Shown here piece after piece: positions 31,798-42,000 of a stretch of 64,000 nt of DNA (position 1 is the stretch's first letter; each line of letters opens with the position of its first letter). The stretch lies in the NCBI GenBank assembly GCA_000091205.1, contig AP006499.2. One strand, given 5' to 3'. The stretch comes from Cyanidioschyzon merolae. Lineage: Eukaryota. The notes under the pieces were generated by a model. It had not been told where the DNA came from and searched no databases. It saw only the letters and a program-made list of their open reading frames with translations. Position numbers and translations under genes: made by a program.

Positions 31798-33177
31798 TCA
31801 GCTGCTACTGGGTGATACTCCTCCAGGCCTGGCCCTAACAAAATGCTCAAGGAACTCAGCTACTTCATCGGGATCTCGAAGCCGCCAAGTCGCTGCCGTT
31901 TCGCGTGAATCATCCTCCGTGACGATGATGCCAACGCCGCCGAAGTTTGTGACGAATCTCAAGGCGTCCTCGTCGGTGACGTCATCTCCAACGTAAACAG
32001 GCACATACTCACGCTTCTCACGGCATTGAATCATCTCAAGAAGCCACTTCGCTGCGCGCCCCTTGTCCCATTTGACTGCCGGTCGTAGTTCAAACACACA
32101 TTTTCCGCGGGTTTTTCGGAGACCGTACTTGTACGCAATAGAATCCACAATTTTCTCGATTGTTGGCACATGCGCTGGGTCGCAGCGTCGATAATGGATC
32201 GAAATCGAAAGAAGGTTATCCTCTATGCCGATGCCCCGAACAGCGTATCTCTCGGTAAGCAGCCGATCGACCTGACTCAGAAAACTTGGATCGAAAACAG
32301 GCGGTGACGACGGCTCTGGCTGAATCGGCAGCGGAGGCAGCAACATGCTCCCCGGTGCTCCACAGTCGTCAATGTTACTGCACGCCATCTGCTTTGGAGC
32401 CTGAACATTGGCGGTAACTGTTTCTTGTCCATCTACTCGCCGTTCGGGCTCAGGCAGATCCGATGCAGGCTCTTCGAGGCCGAAAATAGATCGCAAATGC
32501 CTCGCGGCTTCACGTAGAACCGGTATGACTTCTTCCGCTATATGATAGCGGAAATATGCATCCTCTGGATCTTTAGTCTGCATCGCATCTGCAAGGGCGC
32601 TGATCTCTCCATTCTCCAAAGAACTACCATTTGAAGGACGCGATTTTCGAAGAGGTACTTCTATGTCAAACCCATGCGAACCTGCATAGTATACGCCTTT
32701 GATTCCAACAAGTTGTATAATTTTCTCCCGCGATCTACCTGTGACGATGGCGACGGGATATAGTCGCGCTAGCTCTTGTAAAATGCCGCGAACGCGCTCG
32801 CCAAGCACAGCGCCATTTGGATCTTCTACGATGGCTGTTAACGTTCCATCATAGTCGAGGAGAAACGCGAACGTGTCTGCACGCTTTAAAAGACTATCCA
32901 TATGGTCTAGAGCACTTGGTAGGGACTCAGCGCGTCTGCTGATTCGGGGACTTGGTCGACCTCTGTCGAAGCTCCGGGTAGGCTCCATGTTATTGCCAGA
33001 GGAACACACAAGCGCCTGTCCAGAATCAGCGAATACCTTTCGCAGAAGCACACAATTGAAGTCCAAACGTGTAGCGATTCGAAATTGGCACGAAAGCTCC
33101 ACCAGTTTCACAGGGCGCGCACAGTTCAGACGGGTGCTAGACGTGTTCCCAAATGCAAACGACTCGATGCGAGGCAA
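31798..33177 (-). CDS. Trehalose-6-phosphate phosphatase (HAD superfamily)
   Basis: HAD motif I is 'FLLDYDGTLTAIVEDP'. Motif II is 'VAIVTGRSREK'. 'GIKGVYYAGSHGFDIE', 'KGRAAKWLLE' and 'VYVGDDVTDEDALRFV...GVGIIV' are typical TPP/TPS2 C-domain motifs. Confidence 0.85.
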   Translation of the reverse strand: MPRIESFAFGNTSSTRLNCARPVKLVELSCQFRIATRLDFNCVLLRKVFADSGQALVCSSGNNMEPTRSFDRGRPSPRISRRAESLPSALDHMDSLLKRADTFAFLLDYDGTLTAIVEDPNGAVLGERVRGILQELARLYPVAIVTGRSREKIIQLVGIKGVYYAGSHGFDIEVPLRKSRPSNGSSLENGEISALADAMQTKDPEDAYFRYHIAEEVIPVLREAARHLRSIFGLEEPASDLPEPERRVDGQETVTANVQAPKQMACSNIDDCGAPGSMLLPPLPIQPEPSSPPVFDPSFLSQVDRLLTERYAVRGIGIEDNLLSISIHYRRCDPAHVPTIEKIVDSIAYKYGLRKTRGKCVFELRPAVKWDKGRAAKWLLEMIQCREKREYVPVYVGDDVTDEDALRFVTNFGGVGIIVTEDDSRETAATWRLRDPDEVAEFLEHFVRARPGGVSPSSS

Positions 33178-34138
33178 CCGTTCTCAACGATGCCCCAGGT
33201 GTTCCTCACCGCGGATAGAGAAACAGAAGCACAGTTTGGAGACGGCTGCTCAAAAAATTGCTCTCTGACTCCGAACACCACGACGGTACGGCAGCGGGCA
33301 ATCGTAAAAACGTGCTTCCGGAACGTTCCCTTGCTTGCCGGAACTAAAATAGTGTAGCCCGCGGCACTGCGTACAGCGCAGCGTAGCGATCGTTGCGATG
33401 GCGAGCGGCTCGTCGATCTTGGTTGAAGCCGCGTTCCGCTCATTTTCGTGACTGCGACGGTGGCGGATGTTACGGCCATGGCCATAGCCATAGCCATAGT
33501 AAAAGAGCGCTCCACTCGTGCCAAATTACGCTGGAACACTAAAGTGCTTCCAGTTTTCCTGGGTCTCGAATTTTAGGCCCGCTTTTAAGTAAAAAGCGCC
33601 GAATTTCCGAGAACACCAACGAGATCTTACGGAGTCAAGCATAGCACTAGGAATCCCGGTCCTCGATTCAGCGTGGCTTCCTGGGTTTTGCCGCTGGAAT
33701 TCGTTGTATCACTGGACTCAAGATGCTTCACGACGCCCTCGAACTAGGGATGATTAACTTCCTGTTATCATTATCCTGTATATGAGTGCAAGCCTCCACA
33801 CGTTTCCTTACCATATGTCTAGCGTGCTCAAGTCATGCATTCTCCAGGATTTCCATATTTCTGGTTCGAGGGGATTCATAGGCGCAGCGATTTGAGCCAC
33901 TGGATTAAAGACGAAAAATACTTGAAGCTATTCGTTAAAACCCTGTTCATCATTCCATGCCGAAAGTTCAGAAAATGTGGCATATGGAAAGATCAGTACC
34001 ATTTGAAACACCTATCCGCCTCTCTTTGTGGTCATCCACGCAAAGTCATTCCATAGCAATACCTTAGCGCTCACGAGCTACGTTGCAAGAGGCTCCCGTC
34101 CCATTTGTTTACATGAAGAAGGGTCCTGGACTCGGGAT

Positions 34139-34771
34139 TCACGCATCGAATTGATCGCTTGTCTTCGTATATTCATAACAGATTTGCACGATGGAGGCGT
34201 AGACAAATCGAAATTGTCGACTTTTCTCCAGCCTGGTTTTTCCTTCCGGTAGGGTTTCGTCATCGACAACATCGCGTTCCCAGTCCTCTGTCAGGTGGAG
34301 CAGCGTGCGCTTGGGCGTGCCGCAGACAGAATATTCTCCGAGGGCATCGCTCGGGGCAAGCCCGAGCTCCCAGGGTACGGCGCCATACGCGGAAGCGGAC
34401 GGGAGTTTGGATCGCATTCTTCTCCGCCTCTCGGGGCCATGTTCGGCGACTTGAAGCAATTTTTCACGCCCCATATAGCGACGTCTGGAGGCGACGTTTT
34501 GGTTGACGTATGGGAAAATCTTTCCAGTGCAAAATTTTACCGTTGCGAAGTACGCATCGAGGATGTACATGAAGAATACGAAAATGCAGTTGAACTGTAG
34601 ATCTCCTAACCAATTGTGGATGAAATCTGGCCAAAATAGCCGAAATGAGCGAAATCGGATCTTGAACGCCACCGCCAGCATCCTTCGACTGCTGAGAACG
34701 GAGCCGGAAGGGCAGGAGAGACCGGAGTTTTCAAATCCCGAGACCAGAAAGAGGAAGAGAAACAGTTGCAC
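34139..34771 (-). CDS. Hypothetical small membrane protein
   Basis: It is a 210-aa ORF with two strongly hydrophobic N-terminal segments ('LFLFLFLVSGF', 'NCIFVFFMYILDAYFATV'). No family was recognised. Opposite-strand ORFs are shorter. Confidence 0.25.
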   Translation of the reverse strand: MQLFLFLFLVSGFENSGLSCPSGSVLSSRRMLAVAFKIRFRSFRLFWPDFIHNWLGDLQFNCIFVFFMYILDAYFATVKFCTGKIFPYVNQNVASRRRYMGREKLLQVAEHGPERRRRMRSKLPSASAYGAVPWELGLAPSDALGEYSVCGTPKRTLLHLTEDWERDVVDDETLPEGKTRLEKSRQFRFVYASIVQICYEYTKTSDQFDA

Positions 34772-36300
34772 AAAATCCCATTTATGCTGGAGTTAATGAT
34801 CGCACGAAGAGATCGACACTCAATAGTGCAAGGTAGAGTGAGATAGATGAATTCGTCGCATGTTAGTCTAGCATGGGTGTATAGGATGTTAATCCCCGCT
34901 ACACAAGTGAGTTGAGATACTCGGCAAGGCGTCAGCTCTCCTAGATGCAGACGCGAGACGTGCATTTGGTTCGGAGAAAAACCAGCTTTGCACGAATCTT
35001 GCTTGGTACGCTTCAGGGAGTCGAGTTTTGATGCGAAGAGGCTAGGTTATAGTCAACTGACCTCAACAGATTATTGCATACATCTAGAAAGGAGATCGAA
35101 TGCAAAAGGGTCCTAACATGTTGAAAAACCCCGCAAGCTAGCATGCATCAAGATCATTCGGAGATCCTCTCTAGGACGTCAGTGTGGGGCGGTGCAAACC
35201 GAATTGCTATTCCTGATTTTTCTTTGTTTCTGTGCATTTTCACGGACTGCAGTCGCGTTACCATCATGGGAAGGCTCTAAAATCCGCAAACGCGAAACAA
35301 GCGTGCTGGCATTAAATGCGAACCTGATCCACAGCTATTGCTCTCGCCCTTGTCCAGGATTCCACCATGGATTTCGCACTTAACATATGTGATGTCACCG
35401 CCTTTTCTATCTCCTACATCAAAAAGCGAACTATGTACATATTTTTCATAACATTGATCAATTATAAAAACTTTCGAAGTTAAAATCGGAATTATATGCA
35501 TTTTGAATGCGTAGTTACGTGATGTTTTCGGGCAAGACTCTTCTAATGCAGAGATTGCCTTCCGGAATGGATGCATTTTTGTGAAGCTCGCGCATCAGTC
35601 CTCCCACTCGAAGGACTCGTAAACGGAGCCTTGGTTGTTTGGTCTCGTCTTTTTAGACGAGATCGCGCTGCGTAGACGATATTCGAACAGCATTTTGCGT
35701 GAAAGATCTGGTTATCGCAAGTACTTGTATCAGAAAGAGTAGAACGAGAGCTCCCTTGAGACTCAATTTTACCGACTGATACGTGTGGACTTCGCAATTC
35801 TTCCCTAAACTTTGGAATTTCATGAGGGAGTTAGCTAGATTGACGGGTTCTTGAAGAATAACGCCATCTGACCTCGATATGTGCCTGCTCCTACGGAAAC
35901 TTTCCACGTGTTCGTTTGTTTTGCGCAGATGCCATCGCGGAAGTCCCTCACCGTGGACAAAATCTCTTCCATGGCCAACGTCTTTTCTAATATTTTCGAT
36001 GATCCGTTACCAGAAATGGTACTTGGTGGAAGCGAACTGGTACCGTTCTGCTTTTCGCCGGCGAATACGGTCAGGCGATGGCAAATACTTCGTTGTGAAA
36101 GAGATTCCTCTGGTTCTAAATAGGATGACACGTCGTGTTATCGATCAGCACAGCCTGAATGAGCATACAGAACACCCGCAAAAGCAACTCCGAACGCGGT
36201 CTGAGGATTCAAGGCATGGTTATTCTGGGCGAAAACCGACAGCAGCGCAATTCACGATGTGAGGTACCAGTATTATTTTCTGAACAGAACAACTCGAATA

Positions 36301-36861
36301 TTACTGGTGATGATCTGTACATATCCAAGCAACCTCCGAGTCCTGACTCGCGCTCCAGTGCGATGCATCAGTTGGCGACGAAGACACTGGCCTCGCAAGC
36401 TTGTACGAATCGTTGGATTCTCGCTTCCAATCGGGTCTCAGTTGCCACACGATGAAATTATCGAGCTTCTGTGGCAATCTCCGCAGAGCCCGGGCATTGA
36501 TCGCGGAGGAATAGCAAGTGCTTTGTGATGAGGACGTTTTGGGCGGACCAGTAGCAGCGTTATCCACGCGAATTCTATTACGCTGAGCTATTCCGTTCAG
36601 CACAGTCTCATTTTCCCTCTCGTCTACAGTTTCGAAAGGGCTATCAGACATGGTTCCAAAGCCAGACGGCAATACACCTCGCACGTTGTGCTTCTCCCCG
36701 CCGTGGTTCACCAAGAAAAGCTGTTCGTTACTCTCTTCCAGTTTCAAAAGCGTATCAATGGAAACGTCGTTGCCCTCTTCGCAGATAGCAGCAGCCAACT
36801 CGGAAGCTAGCATGCTCCCGCTTTCGGCCTCCGAGTAAACTAGAAGGAGCATTTCGCTCAT
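36301..36861 (-). CDS. Hypothetical acidic protein
   Basis: It is a 186-aa ORF with no recognisable domain. It is the longest ORF in its intergenic interval. Confidence 0.25.
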   Translation of the reverse strand: MSEMLLLVYSEAESGSMLASELAAAICEEGNDVSIDTLLKLEESNEQLFLVNHGGEKHNVRGVLPSGFGTMSDSPFETVDERENETVLNGIAQRNRIRVDNAATGPPKTSSSQSTCYSSAINARALRRLPQKLDNFIVWQLRPDWKRESNDSYKLARPVSSSPTDASHWSASQDSEVAWICTDHHQ

Positions 36862-39051
36862 AAATTCGCTGCATTTGGCGCATTCAAGAAATTATAGCTG
36901 TGCAGCTCGCTTTTCTTGACAGCCAGTCTTGCCTCTGCAACAGTTTACAGATGCTGAGAATATGGTAGCACGATCCCGATATGGCGATTGTGTTCGATGC
37001 GACTTCGCCCAAACGCACTTTTCGGGATTTGTGTCGATGGGAACTATGCATGCAGCGCTCGTCTGGAAAAGCGCCGCGTTTGTGCCCTCGCACCCAAGGC
37101 AACACAGATGACGGACAAAGCTTTTAAAGTTTGACAGAACGTTTACATTGACTATTGATTCCAGGTTGTGGGATGGATATTGGCATTCGGGAAAGAGCCC
37201 ACCATGCTGCGCCCTGCTTCGAAGTTGCATCACGCAGACTTATTCTTGGATATACTGGTCGTTTCATGAGCTCCATCGTTCGCCGAGCCTGCCCTAGTGG
37301 CCCACGGTAGCGCCCATAGCGTTTGCGCGGATGCATCGCCGAGACAGAGCGGCTTTGCCATACCGCTGGAGGCGTCGGCTTGAGGCGTGGATCATCCGAC
37401 ACGGGATCGGGATTCATCGTCATAACGTGAGCCTGCGAGCTGCGCAGAAAGACACACTGCCTGCCGGAGCGGAACGCGATATGCTACGAGTCCACCGCGA
37501 CCAGGGCGACGCCCAGACACAGTATACCCGCTCCTAGTCCCAGAATAAAGTGCGTTGCGGACGAGCTGCTCGGGTCTCGCCGCATCACGACTCGATGCAG
37601 AGGCGTATGGAGCGTCTACCAGACAGACTCGTTAGGCTCTAGGGACATTCCGCATAGAAGGTAAACTTTCGAAAATACGGAAAACTTTGCTCCTTCCAAC
37701 GTTTACAGTAGAGGGAGAAAGAAAATTTAAAAAGTTGCTATTTAATGGTTAGTTTCGCTTCCTTTATGGGCGACGCTTTGTCGTCCATCATGCAGGATCG
37801 GTATATCGCACCAAACTCGCTAGGGGTGCACGGAGGCTGGCAATGCTCCAAGCAAGGATCGAGATCTCTCACGTTGTTATTCCTAGTGATACGACATACA
37901 TGACTCTAGGGAGTCTTGCTGGAACGCACCGACGATGTGCGGAATCTGTATATGGACTGAGTGCTCCTGCAAAGATCTCTCGTGACGCAGGATCGATGCG
38001 CTTAACCAGACGCGCCGAAAGTGTCGATGCTGACAGTTGCCGGGCCATGGAATCTACTCTCTATCGGCATTATTGCAGTTCCTAGTTCAAGAATATCCTC
38101 ATAATCAGCACCGGTATCGCCCGAGTCCTGTTTTTGTGTTGATTGTGATCCTCGAATGATAGAGAACAGGGCAGCCTCGTAAATTCTCGTGGCAGTACTT
38201 GGAACGATAATGGGGACATACGCTCGTGCGGGGATCACTGTACTGTAAGCTGGAGCCGAGTCGACCATCGGCATTCACATCGCTGTGTGTTTCGAACACA
38301 GCAGTCGGCAAACACCACGTCAGTGCACTTATATAAGTATCATTGTAAACTGTTATGACCAGTCGGCAGCTTCCAGATTTCGCAATTCGAACGCTGTCGG
38401 CACTCGAGCTTCAATTGAGCAGATGAACACGGAAAGCAGTTTCAGAGTTCACGCACGATACAGTTTAGAATCTGCACTCACAGAGGTTTCAGATTTTTGT
38501 AAATGGTACATTATGTGGATATTTCAGGTACCATTGAGCGGATGCGCATTCGAAACTGACCGAAGCAAGGCCTACTTGCAGCGAATCGCTGAATCTGACA
38601 CAAACGCACGCGGAGAACGAGCGTTGAAACTTAATCATCCGCAGATCACGTGCTTAACTGCCCCGAAAAAGCCCGAAACGTGGTCTGCTCCAGCAATGCC
38701 TGACCGAGAGTGTGCGGTCAGGCATATGCCAGGGTTCGATTAGAGCGAATCGATGGCATACAGAATTGTATCGAGTCGACGAGATTATATTCTATCCAGA
38801 AGAGCAAATAGGATTATAGACGCTTTAGCAACGAGTGATACCGGTCATCACCAGCTCCTATCTTTGAAATGAGGGTTCATTGTACTGAAAAAGAGGCAAA
38901 ACTCTACCCGCGGCTCTCGAACTGCGAGTGAAACATTTTCCAACGCTGTAGTCCGACATCGAAATAGTTGACCAGCATCGCGTTGCCGGCACTGCGTTCG
39001 CTTGCTGTGCACAGCTTATGAGTAGACGACAGCTACCGGTTTTGCACAGAA

Positions 39052-42000
39052 TTGGTAGGTCGATACTGCATGAGTGATCCGTTCCGAAACAAGCCAAATG
39101 CAAGAGCAACTGTTGAACAAGACGATTTGAAAGCAGTGAACGCTTTCTTCCGTACGCTTGGTCACGTCTCGTGCGATCCGAGTGCGATCGTTGACATCGG
39201 ACATTCGTTACTCTCTCTTCTAGAGAGTTCCCTGACAGACGTGGATTTAGAAAGTGACCTTTTCGATCTCATAGGGAATCCAGAGGTTGCCGCGGAGCTC
39301 CTCAAACTACGTCCAAGCGTTCAAAGGCACAGTAGCTCCATAAGAGCAGAACTAACTGGCAGCTATGGACGAGAACGAACAAAAAAGACGAAGCAGCAGA
39401 GTCCGGAGAAGTTTCTACCCAGTTCGAGTCTGAGCGGCTTACAATATTCTTCTCCCTTCGAAGCAAAAGGCAGAACTCGCACGGATAGTGCCACCCATGG
39501 CGGGGCGTTCAGGCAACGAGCTCCTTTTTTATCCGGCTCGGTTACCTCAACCACGTCCGCGACTGCAGACTCCATCCAAGAGCTCTCGCCAGACTTTCCC
39601 GGCAGCGACAATCCTTTCGTTGCTAAGCCTACATATCCCGCACCGAAATCAAGCAACATCGAGTTCCGGTCAGAGGAGCTTTATAAGGAAATCTTTGTAC
39701 CGCCACCGCAGCCTTGCTCTGCGGCCCAGCAGCGGTTGAAGGTTGCGGAATGTTTGGACCCTCCGTTGCGAAGAATTTTCGAGCACACAGAGCATTTCAA
39801 CCCTGTACAGAGCACCGTGTTTTCTGCGGTCTACCACACGAGCGAGAACCTGCTCATCTGTGCGCCAACCGGAGCTGGCAAGACAAATATCGCACTTCTG
39901 GCTATTGGGAGGGAGATTCTCCACCGAATGCATGAGCGTGCATGGCGTTGCGTGTATATCGCACCCATGCGTGCTCTGGCCTCGGAGATCGTGCGGAAGC
40001 TTGCGAACTCGCTGAGATCGCTATCCGTCGAAGTGTTGGAATACACCGGGGATACGAATCCGACGCTTCCTAGCTTGAGACGAAGTCAGGTGTTAGTGAC
40101 CACTCCCGAGAAATGGGACGTTCTCTCACGAAATAGTGCGCATTGGCAATCGGGGCTCGCTGCTTCGATTCGTTTGCTCGTCATTGATGAGATCCACCTT
40201 CTACACGATAATCGAGGTCCGGTACTCGAAGCTGTGGTTGCAAGAACGTTACGCTTAGCGGAAATTCAGCAAACGAGAGTTCGCATCGTCGGATTGTCAG
40301 CAACGCTGCCGAATTATGTGGATATCTCGGCGTTCCTCCGGGTGACTCCCGAAAAAGGGCTTTTTTACTTCGACGCTAGCTATCGACCTGTCCCCTTGGG
40401 TCAACGCCTCATTGGAATGCGAAAAAGGCGAGATCGAGGTTCCGAGTCTGCCCTTATCGAGGTCTGTTACGAAAAAGCTCGCTCATTCGTTACATGTGGG
40501 CACCAGGTCATCATCTTTGTCCACTCACGAAAGAAGACCAAACTCCTTGCCGAGGACCTGCTGAAGATGGCACGGGAGCGGAACGAGGCGTCTCTTTTCG
40601 TACAGTCAGAGCGCAGCCAAGATCAATTGCCTAGAACGATTCGATCAGCGGACCTGCGGATGCTCTTAATGCATGGCGTTGGTATTCACCACGCTGGTCT
40701 CGCTCGTTCAGATCGCATCGCGACCGAGACGCACTTCCGAGATGGGTCGATCACTTTGTTGGTAAGCACAGCCACTCTCGCATGGGGTGTCAATCTGCCT
40801 GCCAGGGCCGTCATCATCTACGGCACGAAAATCTATGATGCAAGTCGCGGGGGTTTTGTTGACATTGGCGTCCTCGATATTTTACAGATTTTCGGAAGAG
40901 CAGGTCGGCCGGAATACGACAGCTATGGAGAAGGAATCATACTGACGGAAGAGCAACGTCTTCCGTTTTTCTACCGACTCCTCAGCGTCCAGATGCCGAT
41001 CGAGAGTCAGATGTTGAACGGGTTCGCTCTTGTTGATCATCTGAATGCCGAAATCGCCACGGGGCACGTCACGTCGGAGCACGAAGCCCTGGCGTGGCTG
41101 GCATGTCTGTACCTTTCGGTACGCCTTGCCAAGAATCCACTTCATTATGGTATTGCTTGGGAAGACGTGCAGCGAGATCCAACGCTCTCAGCTTTTAAAT
41201 ATCAGCTGCTGAAGAAATCGATTGATGCTCTTGTTATAGCGGGCCTCGTTTCTGTTGATAGCGAGCTGTCGCAGCTGGAACCAACAGACTGGGGCATCGT
41301 AGCGAGTAGATTTTACGTATCGCACCAAACGATGCAGATCTTCAAAGAGAATCTGAGACAGGATGCGTCTGCGAGTCAAGTGATTCGATGCATCAGCTCG
41401 TCATCAGAATTCGAAAATTTGGCCTTACGAGAAGAAGAAATCCCTGAACTGGAAACCCTCTATGCTGACGCCTGCCCATATGAATATCCGCGGCATGCAA
41501 ACATCGCGATTAGATCCAAATTAGAGGATGAGTCGGAATATTTCTTGAATGGCTACACAGGCAAGGTATACATTCTTCTTCAGTCATATATATCACGAGC
41601 TACTGTGCATGATTTTGCATTGCTTTCAGACATGCGATATATCGAGGAGTCAGCAACAAGACTCTTCGGTGCAGTATTTGAGATTGCTCTCCGTCAAGGC
41701 TGGCCTGAACTTGCTCGAAACGCCAGTGAGTTGGCGCGAGCCGTTGAGCGACGTCTCTGGCCTTTTGAACATCCCCTTACACAAATGCAGAACGTTCAAG
41801 CCTCTGTTGTGGACCTTATCAAGAACAGGAATATACCGCATGATATTCAGATTTTGCGAAGACTATCGAACGAGCAATGGACGGATTTACTTGGTTCACC
41901 TTCTCACGTGCAAATCATGGCAGAAATAGTGTCGGAGTTTCCGTACTTAGAGGTATCTGGTCACCTGTCCGCGCTGGCGGAGCAGCTCTTTCGTATCCAA

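Noticed and set aside
33126-33539. 137-aa ORF with (AM)n run overlapping the 5' end of the trehalose-phosphatase gene
   Set aside because: Low-complexity 'MAMAMAMA' peptide, no homology. It more likely reflects an incorrectly extended TPP start (true Met probably downstream) than a separate gene.
36500-39050. Possible additional genes in the 36.5-39 kb interval
   Set aside because: Only short (<155 aa) ORFs without recognisable motifs. This may be intergenic, or may hold intron-rich genes not visible as ORFs. There is no support for a specific call.
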